64,000 bases of DNA, from the NCBI GenBank assembly GCA_018817025.1, contig JAHIUU010000006.1:251909-315908 (forward strand), in the 5' to 3' direction. Shown here piece after piece: positions 37,643-47,389 of the stretch. The notes beneath the pieces are model-generated. The model ran no database searches. It saw only the letters and a list, made by a program, of their open reading frames with translations, and was not told where the DNA came from. This DNA is from Candidatus Babelota bacterium. GTDB lineage: Bacteria > Babelota > Babeliae > Babelales > JAHIUU01. Both the position numbers and the translations under genes were made by a program. Every line of letters begins with the position of its first letter. Position 1 is the first letter of the stretch.

Positions 37643-39263
37643 GGCTTTGAATTATTTTGTCATGAGGTGCAAGCGTGAGGGCTTTGTTGAAAAGTTCTTT
37701 CGCTTCGTTATATTTTCCTTGCTTTTGGAGAATACATGCCTTTGTATCAAGAAAGTATGGTGACTGTGGAGTTGTTGCTAATGCTTTGTCAATCAGCGTG
37801 AGCGCGTATGAAAGTTTAGTAGAGGACTGTTTTTTTGGTTTTGATATCAGGTATGCCATGAGATTGTAAGTTGACGGATATATGACTTCTTGCTGAAGTG
37901 CGCGGTCGAGTGTTTTGGTTGCTTCTTGCTTATTATCAGTTACAAAATGTATAAATCCTGTTTGAAACAGTAGCTTGGCTTTGAGTTTTTTGCTGTTTGT
38001 TCGCTTAAACGCTTGGTCGTAGCTTTTGAGTGCGTTGTTGTACTGTTTAGCTTGTATTTGTAGATCTGCTATCGCGAGAGGGATGGTGTCGAGAGTATCG
38101 TGTTTTTTGTTGGCAGCTTCTAGAATTGCTATTGCTTGTTCGGATGAAATAATTTGCTCCTTGCCACTTAGTCTAAGAATGAGCTTAATAATGGAGTTGT
38201 TATGTGGTTTTTTTAGAAGCCAATTTTGTATGAGAGGCGCAATTTCTTCGTATTGATTGAGGGCTATGCAGATTTCAATTTTAAGTCCGATTGCTTTTTC
38301 AAAAAGAGGGCTTTTATTCAGTGCTTCATTAATTGCATTGAGCGCTTTGACATGATTTTTTGCTTTCCATTCGAGAAGGGCAAGGTCGGTGTAATATTCT
38401 GGTTGGTCTCTATTCTCTTGATTAATTTTTCTTAGCTCAGCAGCAGCTTGAGCAAATTTTCGTTGTGAAAAGAGAAGTTGGACAAGCTGTTTGGTAATTG
38501 CTGGGTCGTGTTTTGTAAGAGATAAATATTTTCTGTAGTGAGCGATGGCCTGATCAATCTGTTTTGTTTGCTCAAGCAGGAGAGCTTTGAAAAGAACTCC
38601 CTGATCGAATTTTGGGGCTAGTTTGAGGCTACTGTCAATTGCGGCGAGTGCTTGCTTAGGATTTCCAATCTTGAGCAGGATTTTTGCTTTTAGAAAGTAG
38701 AACAGGAAGAATCTGTTTTGGTTTGATTTGTTTGTGAGAAACGCTTCGATTTCTTCGAGAGCTTTTGATATGTTGTTTGTTCTTTCATTATGAGCGGCTG
38801 AGTAATATGCGATTTGCTCGTTTTCTGGGTACTGTTCTTTTAGCTTCTCAAGAAACTCTCTTGCTTGTATATCTTTATTAGTGTTTAGGAGCGATTGTGC
38901 ATAGATTAGTTGAATCTCTAGATTTTCTTTAAAGTTATCTTGTGTTTTATCTATAAGACTAACAATTCTATTAAATTGATTGGTTTGAGAGAGTAGTCGT
39001 AAATAGCCGTCATAGACATATGATGGAGCGTCTCGTATGAACAGATCGTTGTATATTTTGAGTGCCTGGTGAAACTGGCCGCTGTGTTGAAAGTAGTTTG
39101 CTTTAAGATAGAGCGTTGACTGTTGAATTTTTTCTTCTGTTGCTGTGCTTAGGAACGAGAATAGTGTTGTTTGTGTTGGTTTAGCCAGTTCTGGTTGTGT
39201 ATTTGCTGTGGTTACAATAAACAAAAAAAGAAAAAGAATATATTTTTTCTTGTTTTTCTGCAT
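37617..39263 (-). CDS. Exported TPR-repeat protein
   Basis: Signal-like N-terminus, multiple TPR helices, terminal YN..AY...P....LDT.A...G.Y.EA...AL..AP. Confidence 0.85.
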   Translation of the reverse strand: MQKNKKKYILFLFLFIVTTANTQPELAKPTQTTLFSFLSTATEEKIQQSTLYLKANYFQHSGQFHQALKIYNDLFIRDAPSYVYDGYLRLLSQTNQFNRIVSLIDKTQDNFKENLEIQLIYAQSLLNTNKDIQAREFLEKLKEQYPENEQIAYYSAAHNERTNNISKALEEIEAFLTNKSNQNRFFLFYFLKAKILLKIGNPKQALAAIDSSLKLAPKFDQGVLFKALLLEQTKQIDQAIAHYRKYLSLTKHDPAITKQLVQLLFSQRKFAQAAAELRKINQENRDQPEYYTDLALLEWKAKNHVKALNAINEALNKSPLFEKAIGLKIEICIALNQYEEIAPLIQNWLLKKPHNNSIIKLILRLSGKEQIISSEQAIAILEAANKKHDTLDTIPLAIADLQIQAKQYNNALKSYDQAFKRTNSKKLKAKLLFQTGFIHFVTDNKQEATKTLDRALQQEVIYPSTYNLMAYLISKPKKQSSTKLSYALTLIDKALATTPQSPYFLDTKACILQKQGKYNEAKELFNKALTLAPHDKIIQSHAKTCSAK

Positions 39264-39274
39264 GATAGCTTCCC

Positions 39275-39721
39275 CTACGGTTTGATTTTTTTACATCGAA
39301 TGTAGAATTGTTCAAGTGATTGAGCTAATTCTGTATTTTTCATCAATTGGAGTTTGCTATGTTCAATGATTGTTAGACAGTGTTCTGTTCGATAAGTTTT
39401 TTCTGTTAGAGAGTCTTGTTTGGATTGATGGCTTGTTTTTGGTGTTGTAAATCGAACCGTTTTGAACTGTATGTTTTTAATTTTATTTTCTTGTAGATAT
39501 GTGTTTATTTTTTGTTTGAGCATTGGGGACAATAAAAAGAGTTCCTGGGCCCATGTTGGATGACAAACGCCGATGGTAAGCGAGGTTTCAGTTAGTTTTT
39601 CGATGCGAACTTTTTCTTTTAAATTGCCAATGATTGTCTCCCAGTATCCGAATAGTTTTATTTTCCAGAGATGTTCGTTTGGAATTATGTTGGTAAGAAT
39701 GGTTCCGATACGTTTTGGCAT
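39275..39721 (-). CDS. DUF721/DciA-family protein
   Basis: W..IIG, L.IGV.HPTWAQEL..L...L..KIN. Confidence 0.75.
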   Translation of the reverse strand: MPKRIGTILTNIIPNEHLWKIKLFGYWETIIGNLKEKVRIEKLTETSLTIGVCHPTWAQELFLLSPMLKQKINTYLQENKIKNIQFKTVRFTTPKTSHQSKQDSLTEKTYRTEHCLTIIEHSKLQLMKNTELAQSLEQFYIRCKKIKP

Positions 39722-39841
39722 ATAAGTTCGTATGGTTATGGTTTTGTTGCTAGAGATGTTTTTCAGTGTACACATCACCATCTTTTGTTACAATGATTTT
39801 TGCCAAAATATATCGGTTTATTTGTGAGAGAGGAGCTTTTT

Positions 39842-41713
39842 GTGGGCAAATATTTAGAACTTGAGGCGAGGGCGTTGCAATTGCGCATTGATTCCCTTCG
39901 AGCTACAGCAGCGAGTGCTTCCGGTCATCCTACGACCTGCCTTTCTGCGGCCGATATTGTTTCGGCTCTTTTTTTTAAAATAATGAATTTCAATGTTTCT
40001 AGTCCCGACGATCTAACCAATGATCGGTTTATTTTGTCGAAGGGGCACGGAGTTCCCGTTGTCTATGCTGCTTACAGGCAATTGGGGGTTTTGAGCGATG
40101 AAGATTTTATGAAGCTTCGAGAATTTGACAGCCCTCTCGAGGGGCATCCTACGCCACGGTTTGTTTACAATGAAGCGGCGACAGGGTCTTTGGGACAAGG
40201 TCTTGCAATTGGTGCAGGGATGGTGTTGCACGCGCATCGCGACAAGCTTGCGTATAAGACATACGTGCTTCTCGGTGATGGCGAAGTTGCAGAGGGGTCA
40301 GTTTGGGAGGCGGCTGAGTTTGCTTCGTATTATAACTTGAACAGTCTGACTGCCATTGTTGACTGTAATCGATTGGGCCAAACTGGTCAGACGTTATATG
40401 GGCATGATGTAGAAAAACTTGCAGAAAAGTTTAGGGCCTTTGGGTGGCGTACGGTCGTTATTGATGGGCATGATATTGAACAAATCGTCGAGGAGCTTGA
40501 AAAAACAAAAACGTCTCTCGACAAGCCGACGGCGATTGTTGCAAAAACATATAAGGGGCATGGGGTTGATTCTTTTCAAGATAAAAATGGGTTTCATGGC
40601 AAGCCTGTAAAAGCTGAAGAACTTGGACCAGTAATACAACATTTGAAGAATCGTTTTGTTGAAGCGAATCAGTATTTGGAACGAGAGATTATTGTTTCTC
40701 AGAAAAAAGTAGATCTTTTGTCTTATACCAAAAAAAGCTTTTCTTCCATCTCTATAGATATCACGACTGACATGCACAGTAAGTTATTTGAGAAAACAGA
40801 AAAGCTTGCAACAAGAAAAGCGTTTGGGTACGCGTTAGCCTCGCTTGGCCGGGTGTGTTCTGATATTGAAGTTCTTGATGCTGACGTGAAAAATTCGACG
40901 TTTACAGAAATTTTCGAAAAAGAGTTTCCAGATCGATTGACGCAATGTTTTATTGCGGAGCAGACAATGATAGGTGTTGCAACTGGGTTGCAGGCGCGGG
41001 GTAAAATTCCGTTTGCGGCGACTTTTGCTGCGTTTTTAACGCGCGCGCACGACCAAATTCGTATGGCCGGCATTGGTTGCAACGCGTTACGCTTGTGCGG
41101 GTCTCACGCTGGGGTGTCGATCGGAGAGGATGGTCCATCCCAAATGGGACTTGAAGATTTGTCGATGATGCGATCTGTTCCAAGGTCTATCGTGCTATAT
41201 CCAAGTGATGCGGTTTCGACTTATAAGCTTGTTGAACGGATGGCGAATTATAACGCTGGTATTTCGTATTTGCGGACAACTCGTTCAGCAACACCAATAT
41301 TATACAAGAAAGATGAACTGTTCGAGGTTGGGGGCTGTAAGGTTTTGCGAGAAAGTGATAACGATCAAGCCTGTCTTGTTGCGGCTGGAATAACGGTGCA
41401 CGAGGCGCTCAAGGCGTACGAGATCTTAAAAGAAAAAAATATTTTTGTTTCTGTTATTGATGCTTACTCGATTAAGCCAATCGATAGTGAGATGATAAAA
41501 AAAATTGCTTGTAAGTCAGGCAATAACGTTATAACGATCGAAGATCACTATATCGAAGGCGGTCTTGGCGAGGCTGTTGCGGCTGCGTTGATTAACGATC
41601 CTATTGTTCTTAAGATACTAGCGGTCACGAAGTTATCCCGATCAGGGAAGCCGGACGAACTCCTTGCATATGCAGGTATTGATGCTGCAAGTATCGTGAG
41701 TTGTTTCGAGTAA
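39842..41713 (+). CDS. tkt: Transketolase (TKT, eukaryote-like long form)
   Basis: SGHPT, LSKGH, LEGHP, GSLGQG, LGDGE..EGSVWEA, IAEQ, GEDGPSQMGLED. Confidence 0.93.
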   Translation: MGKYLELEARALQLRIDSLRATAASASGHPTTCLSAADIVSALFFKIMNFNVSSPDDLTNDRFILSKGHGVPVVYAAYRQLGVLSDEDFMKLREFDSPLEGHPTPRFVYNEAATGSLGQGLAIGAGMVLHAHRDKLAYKTYVLLGDGEVAEGSVWEAAEFASYYNLNSLTAIVDCNRLGQTGQTLYGHDVEKLAEKFRAFGWRTVVIDGHDIEQIVEELEKTKTSLDKPTAIVAKTYKGHGVDSFQDKNGFHGKPVKAEELGPVIQHLKNRFVEANQYLEREIIVSQKKVDLLSYTKKSFSSISIDITTDMHSKLFEKTEKLATRKAFGYALASLGRVCSDIEVLDADVKNSTFTEIFEKEFPDRLTQCFIAEQTMIGVATGLQARGKIPFAATFAAFLTRAHDQIRMAGIGCNALRLCGSHAGVSIGEDGPSQMGLEDLSMMRSVPRSIVLYPSDAVSTYKLVERMANYNAGISYLRTTRSATPILYKKDELFEVGGCKVLRESDNDQACLVAAGITVHEALKAYEILKEKNIFVSVIDAYSIKPIDSEMIKKIACKSGNNVITIEDHYIEGGLGEAVAAALINDPIVLKILAVTKLSRSGKPDELLAYAGIDAASIVSCFE

Positions 41714-41717
41714 ATAG

Positions 41718-41968
41718 CGACTTAAGGTCTGTTGCGTTTTGGGCCTCAAAGGCCTTTAAAGGTCGATTTTTTTGATAGGATCGTTCGAAGAGTCTGTTTG
41801 CCGTTTCTATAATCTCTTGGTCTTTAAGGAGCCGGACGAGAGTTAATAAAAACTTTTCCTGAAGGGTGACATACTCACGGTAATGAATTACCGTGCATCT
41901 TAATCTTTGCACTTAAGAATCGCTTTCTGCTTCGACGAGCCAACTTGATCGCCATCTCGCAAGAAGGC
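41718..41968 (-). pseudogene. Frameshifted remnant resembling the DinB/UmuC (Y-family polymerase) little-finger domain
   Basis: Three minus frames stitch to AFL / EMAIKLARRSRKRFLSAK / TVIHYREYVTLQEK...KDQEIIETANRLFERSYQKNRPLKAF...ATDL, which follows the IMS_C pattern. Confidence 0.45.
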
Positions 41969-42073
41969 ACCCAGAGGTTATTCTCTCAGATGGTTGCATT
42001 TTAAGACTTTTTCTCACTAAACTGAGAGCGGTTTTGTAAGAAATAAAAACAAAAAGTACGAAGAATTAATGTT

Positions 42074-44542
42074 ATGATATTAACTGAAATGTTAAAAGAT
42101 AACGCAAGCGAGTATCCAGATAGTCCTGCCCTAACAATGAAAATGGGGTTTCGTACCGTTACCCTGACATACAAGCAAGCGTACGATGCTTCTCGTCAGG
42201 TCGCGTTGCTGCTTAATTGTGAGGGTGTGAAGAAGGGTGATGCTGTTTTGCTGCTTGCGCCAAACTCCCCTTACTGGATTTGCACGTTTTGGGGATGTAT
42301 GCTTGCAGGTGTCGTTGTTGTGCCGCTCAATGTGCAGAGTACGCCCAAGCTGGTTGAAAAAATTGCCAAGCAGGTCGATGCGAAGTTGTTTTTTGCTCAT
42401 CGATATTATCGATACGATTTACCCGGTGAGATTAATCGATACGATGTTGACCTACTTCCTGAGCATCTAAAATCGTTTAAGCCTGATCGATTCGAAGCGT
42501 TATTCGTAGATGAAAACGATCTTGTTGAAATCTTGTACACCTCTGGAACGACTGGCGATCCGAAGGGGGTATTGCTTACCCACAAAAATTTATATTCAAA
42601 TGTTGCTGCGATTTCAAAATTGGTGTCGCTTGAGTTTGGTAAAGAACGGTTACTTTCTATTTTGCCGTTAAGCCATATTTTTGAACAGGCCGGCATGCTG
42701 CTTGCGTTTCATTACCGGGCACATACGATTTATGCCCACTCTCACGCGGCTATTCGCGATCTTCTTCAGGGATATAGCGTTACAAAAATGCTCGCTGTCC
42801 CTGAGTTTCTAAAGATTTTGATGGGAAGAATAGAAGGTGCGTTTGCTGAGCGTGGTAAAATAAATCTTTTTAAAAAGCTTGTGCGTTTTTCGCTTAAACT
42901 TCCCGGAAAAAAAATCTCGCGCTTATTATTTTATATGGTGCATAAAAAATTGGGTGGCAAGTTGGACACGATTGTTTCTGGTGGAGCTCCGCTTGATCCA
43001 GAATTAGAGCGCAAATGGAACGCCTTGGGAGTTGCGTTGTTTCAGGGGTACGGTCTTACCGAGACGTCGCCGCTGATAGCTTGTAATACATATGACGATC
43101 ACAGATTTGGATCCGTTGGTCGCGTCGTGCCAGGTGTCCAAGTTAGACTTTCTGAGCAAGGGGAGATTCAGGTTCGTGGGCCGAGTGTGTTTTCTGGTTA
43201 CTTTAAAAATAAAGAAAAAACAAAAGAAGCGTTTACTCGTGACGGTTGGTTTAGGACAGGTGATGTGGGCGAGTTTGACCAGAATAAATTTCTTTTTTTA
43301 AAGGGGCGAAGGAAATATATGATTGTTGGCCCCGGTGGCCAGAACGTATTTCCCGAAGATATCGAAGAGATTATTAATAGTTTTGAGGTGGTGCTAGATT
43401 GTACTGTTGTTGGTATTGAGCAGGCGAGTGGCATGGTTGAAATCCATGCGGTCTTGCTCAGGCCACAGGGAGATGTGGCGGCTATTATTGCGCGAGCGAA
43501 TGAGCGGCTTGCTTCCTATCAGCAGGTTACCGGTTTTTCGGTTTGGCCAGAAGAAGACTTCCCACGGTCTGCGACGAAGAAAGTAAAAAAAGATGAGGTA
43601 ATAAGATTTTTACTTTCTCAAAAAGGAGAGAACGGAGTTGTGACGAGTGGGGGGAATGTGGCCCCGGTTGTTTTGCTTCTTGCACGGGTGACTGGCGTAG
43701 CAAGTTCACGGATAACTCCTGAAACAAGCTTTGCTAAGCTCCATATAGATTCACTTCTGCGTGTTGAGTTGATTGCTCGGATTGAGGAGCAGTTTGAGAT
43801 TTTGCTTGACGAAGCGAAGTTGACGAGTCAAACAACGGTTGAGCAACTTGAAAAAATGATTTGTGAACGTGAGACGGTTAAAGCACTTGCGCCGTTGTCA
43901 TGGTGGCCTCGATTATGGTGGGCTAGAGGGATTCGTGAGGTTGGTCAATGGTTAGTTTTTCTTTTGATGCGCATATTTATTAAGCTCCAAGTTAAGGGGA
44001 TAGAAAATCTCAATGGACTGTCTTTACCAGTTGTTTTTATGCCAAATCATCTATCCTATTTTGATCCGATGATTTTGGTGGCGGCGTTGCCTAGAAAGGT
44101 TGGTCGACACGTTGCGTTTGCGGCTGCAAATGACATGCTCTATGGAAGTTACCGGTGGTTTGCTGGCTTTGCAGAGCTTTTATTAAATGCGTTTCCGTTT
44201 CCAAGGCGTGAGGGTGAAAACGTGAAGCTTGGACTTGATTATATGGGGCGGATTTTGGATGAAGATTTTTCGGTTGGTGTATTTCCCGAAGGGAAAGTGA
44301 GTGAGACCGGTGAGCTTTTGCCTTTAAAGAAGGGGGCCGGTCTTGTTGCGATTGAGATGCGAGTGCCCGTTGTACCGGTTTATATCGAAGGAAGTCAGGA
44401 AGTCTTTCCGTACTTTACTTTGTTTCCTAGAAAGCGGGGAACGGTAACGGTGACGTTTGGAAAGCCTATAATGTTTAAGCCTACAGAATCATATGTTGCT
44501 GCGACTGAGCAGATAGAAGAAGCGTTGAAAGAGCTTTCCTAA
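42074..44542 (+). CDS. Tri-domain AMP-dependent acyl ligase - acyl carrier protein - lysophospholipid acyltransferase (PlsC-like)
   Basis: YTSGTTGDPKG, GYGLTE, WFRTGD, KKVKK; ACP motif IDSLLRVELIARIEEQF; PNHLSYFD and VFPEG acyltransferase motifs. Confidence 0.9.
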   Translation: MILTEMLKDNASEYPDSPALTMKMGFRTVTLTYKQAYDASRQVALLLNCEGVKKGDAVLLLAPNSPYWICTFWGCMLAGVVVVPLNVQSTPKLVEKIAKQVDAKLFFAHRYYRYDLPGEINRYDVDLLPEHLKSFKPDRFEALFVDENDLVEILYTSGTTGDPKGVLLTHKNLYSNVAAISKLVSLEFGKERLLSILPLSHIFEQAGMLLAFHYRAHTIYAHSHAAIRDLLQGYSVTKMLAVPEFLKILMGRIEGAFAERGKINLFKKLVRFSLKLPGKKISRLLFYMVHKKLGGKLDTIVSGGAPLDPELERKWNALGVALFQGYGLTETSPLIACNTYDDHRFGSVGRVVPGVQVRLSEQGEIQVRGPSVFSGYFKNKEKTKEAFTRDGWFRTGDVGEFDQNKFLFLKGRRKYMIVGPGGQNVFPEDIEEIINSFEVVLDCTVVGIEQASGMVEIHAVLLRPQGDVAAIIARANERLASYQQVTGFSVWPEEDFPRSATKKVKKDEVIRFLLSQKGENGVVTSGGNVAPVVLLLARVTGVASSRITPETSFAKLHIDSLLRVELIARIEEQFEILLDEAKLTSQTTVEQLEKMICERETVKALAPLSWWPRLWWARGIREVGQWLVFLLMRIFIKLQVKGIENLNGLSLPVVFMPNHLSYFDPMILVAALPRKVGRHVAFAAANDMLYGSYRWFAGFAELLLNAFPFPRREGENVKLGLDYMGRILDEDFSVGVFPEGKVSETGELLPLKKGAGLVAIEMRVPVVPVYIEGSQEVFPYFTLFPRKRGTVTVTFGKPIMFKPTESYVAATEQIEEALKELS

Positions 44543-44553
44543 CGACAATTACT

Positions 44554-45930
44554 CTAGGTATTGTTTTTTTGTTTGTCGATTATTACTTCTGGGTTTCCAA
44601 TAATTTTGTTTTTCTCTACAAGCTTGTGATGTTTGACGCTCACAAACCGTGCCACAATAGCCCAAAAGGAAACGATGGTAAGCAGAATAGGGGCTGAGTA
44701 GCCTATCGTTTGAATTGGTGAGAAGTTTCTAAACAGGGCGTTGATTCCTGCGCCGGCTCCTTTAATCGATCGAATGCCGAAGACGTCGATCCATCCCTTT
44801 GTTTTAAATTTGACGTCTCGTGTTGTAGGGATATAAAGAATTTCTTTAGCAGGGTTGTTTAGCGCGTACGAGAGCCCTTTCAAAATAATCATAGAGGTGA
44901 AAACGATTGGGAGAACGGGAAATATTCGTACGCCGCATATGACAAGACCGGTTGCGATTGGAAAGAAGAGAAGACAAATTCTTAGGCCAAGTGTGCGCAG
45001 GAAAAAACTTGTTCCCACCAAAGCAAAGACGAGTGTCAGGCTGTTTGCCATCATGCCGTATCGAGCGTAAAACGCGGCAAAAGCCTCTTTGGTTGGGTAG
45101 GTATGATGAGCGAGTAGGTTCATCTGAAATTCCAGCATGGTTCCAATTATTTCATATCCCGTCGTAACGACAAAAATGCCAAGAAGATAAGGGTTGGTTA
45201 TTAACAGTCGTAAACCTTCGAAAAAACCTGTTTTTGGCTGGTTGACTCGGAAGAATGGAGTATCTACAAGGTCGCTTTTTTGTTCTATTGATTGGTTGAT
45301 AATAAATGGAACAAGGGCTATGCAAAAGCTTGCGATTGTAATCATAATTGGCAGGCCCAATGTTTGCGAGTAGTTTGCGACAAGAATCGTGCCGCTGATC
45401 GTGCCGACCTGCGTTATGGTAAGGATCATTCCGTATCCTCGTTTTGCCTCGTCAGTTTTAGTTTGACTTGCGACAAAAGACCAAAACAGTGCAGGGGCAA
45501 GCGCCCCAAAACTTTCGATGATAACATAGCTTACCCAGCCGACAATACTTCCTGGGAGCCAGTAAAGAAATGGAAATAGCGTGTATGCAAGTGATATGAA
45601 AGAATTTTGTGGGTACGCGACAAGGAATGCGATTCCTAAGAACATTGAAATATAGAATGAGTAGATGACGAAGAAAAGCTTCTCTTTTTTGAACAGGTCG
45701 ATCAGTTTGCTATAAATGAGAACGAGAGGGATGATAAGAAGAAACGATGCGATTTTGCCCCATGGCTGCCATCGTACTCCGACCATGTCGATAAATATTG
45801 CTTCTCGTATTCCTCGAAGCATCCAGTATGGTCCTATGGTGAGCATGAGTGCCAAAGAAAACAGTCCAAATTTTTTTAGTTCCGAGACACTCAAATCACC
45901 CCATATAATTCTAAGGGGCTTTGGCAACAC
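44554..45930 (-). CDS. Nucleotide transporter, NTT/TLC (ATP/ADP translocase-like)
   Basis: WGDL...E.KKF, YW.LR, FWSF, NP.KEILYIPT.RDVKFK.KGWIDVFG.R..K. Confidence 0.88.
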   Translation of the reverse strand: MLPKPLRIIWGDLSVSELKKFGLFSLALMLTIGPYWMLRGIREAIFIDMVGVRWQPWGKIASFLLIIPLVLIYSKLIDLFKKEKLFFVIYSFYISMFLGIAFLVAYPQNSFISLAYTLFPFLYWLPGSIVGWVSYVIIESFGALAPALFWSFVASQTKTDEAKRGYGMILTITQVGTISGTILVANYSQTLGLPIMITIASFCIALVPFIINQSIEQKSDLVDTPFFRVNQPKTGFFEGLRLLITNPYLLGIFVVTTGYEIIGTMLEFQMNLLAHHTYPTKEAFAAFYARYGMMANSLTLVFALVGTSFFLRTLGLRICLLFFPIATGLVICGVRIFPVLPIVFTSMIILKGLSYALNNPAKEILYIPTTRDVKFKTKGWIDVFGIRSIKGAGAGINALFRNFSPIQTIGYSAPILLTIVSFWAIVARFVSVKHHKLVEKNKIIGNPEVIIDKQKNNT

Positions 45931-46005
45931 GGCAGGGACCTTTCTTGTTTGTTCCTAAACTAGCAAAAGGTATCGTATCAGATCTGGAACAATGTTCAAG
46001 TGGGT

Positions 46006-47337
46006 CTATTTCTTTTTACTCATCATCTCCCAGAACTCATCGTTTGACTTGGTTTTTCGCATCTTTTCAATGATAAATTCCATGCCGTCGATTGTGTTCA
46101 TAGTGCCAAGAAATTTCTGCAGTATCCAGAGATTTTTGACCCCTTCTGGAGTGAGGAGAAGGTCTTCACGCCGAGTTCCTGAGCTTTGAAGATCAAAGGC
46201 CGGATAAATCCGACGATTAGAAAGTTTTCTTGTGAGGTGGATTTCCATGTTGCCGGTTCCCTTGAATTCTTCGAAGATAACCTCATCCATACGAGAGCCG
46301 GTTTCGATAAGTGCCGTTGCGAGGATTGTTAGTGATCCCCCCTCTTCGACATTTCGTGCGGCACCAAAAAAACGCTTTGGTCGTTGCAGTGCGTTCGCAT
46401 CTATACCACCACTCAAAACTTTTCCTGATGACGGAGCCAAGGTGTTGTAAGCGCGAGCAAGACGTGTCAGAGAGTCGAGAAGGACAACGACATCGTGGCC
46501 ACATTCAACAAGTCGTTTTGCTTTTTCTAACACAATCTCTGCTACCTGAACGTGTCGTGTTGCGTACTCGTCAAATGTTGAACTAACGACTTCTGCGTCC
46601 ACCGAACGCTGCATGTCGGTTACCTCTTCTGGGCGTTCGTCGATGAGTAGGATGATCATGATCACTTCAGGGTGATTCTCGATGATGGTATTAGCGATCT
46701 CTTTCAAGAGAACCGTCTTACCCGTTCTTGGCGGAGCAACGATGATTCCTCGCTGTCCCTTACCTACCGGCGTGAGAATGTCCATGATTCGTGTTGAAAT
46801 AACGGTTGGTGTGCCTACGAGATTGAATTTTTCGTCAGGAAAGAGTGGTGTTAGGTTTTCAAAAACTGTTTTATGTGAAGAGTGTGTTGGTTGTGCAAAG
46901 TTTACGCTTTCAACCCGTTGAAGTGCGAAATATTTCTCGCCTTCTTTTGGCTTTCTCAAAGTTCCTTTGATGACGTCTCCTGTTCGCAATCCAAAACGTT
47001 TAATGTGTGCCGGAGAGACATAAATGTCATCCGGTCCTGGAACGTAGTTGAACTTTGGGGAGCGCAGGAAACCAAATCCGTCAGGAAGACGCTCGAGTAT
47101 TCCTTCTCCATAAATCTCAACATTTTTTTCAGATTGTGATTCAAGTATTTTGAAGATAATTTCTTGTTTTTTTAAAGAGCCAACGTCAGGAATGCCAAGC
47201 TTTTGAGCATAGTCGATTAAATCAGTGATGCTCATCTCTTTTAATGAGCGCATATTGATTGACGTTTTAGGGTGCTTTAGGTGAGTATTAACTTCTGGTT
47301 TGTTATTTTTTTTTATGTCTTTTGTCATTTTCCCCAA
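46006..47337 (-). CDS. rho: Transcription termination factor Rho
   Basis: [50 protein letters not shown]. Confidence 0.98.
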   Translation of the reverse strand: MGKMTKDIKKNNKPEVNTHLKHPKTSINMRSLKEMSITDLIDYAQKLGIPDVGSLKKQEIIFKILESQSEKNVEIYGEGILERLPDGFGFLRSPKFNYVPGPDDIYVSPAHIKRFGLRTGDVIKGTLRKPKEGEKYFALQRVESVNFAQPTHSSHKTVFENLTPLFPDEKFNLVGTPTVISTRIMDILTPVGKGQRGIIVAPPRTGKTVLLKEIANTIIENHPEVIMIILLIDERPEEVTDMQRSVDAEVVSSTFDEYATRHVQVAEIVLEKAKRLVECGHDVVVLLDSLTRLARAYNTLAPSSGKVLSGGIDANALQRPKRFFGAARNVEEGGSLTILATALIETGSRMDEVIFEEFKGTGNMEIHLTRKLSNRRIYPAFDLQSSGTRREDLLLTPEGVKNLWILQKFLGTMNTIDGMEFIIEKMRKTKSNDEFWEMMSKKK

Positions 47338-47389
47338 TTTACACGTTAGTTTGATTATTAAGATTACTGTCTAATTTGCTAATTTATTT

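Noticed and set aside
41820-41865. Minus-strand CAGGAAAAG...GTCCGGCTCC resembling RNase P RNA
   Set aside because: The spacing is wrong, other RNase P conserved regions are absent, and a coding remnant explains the region better.
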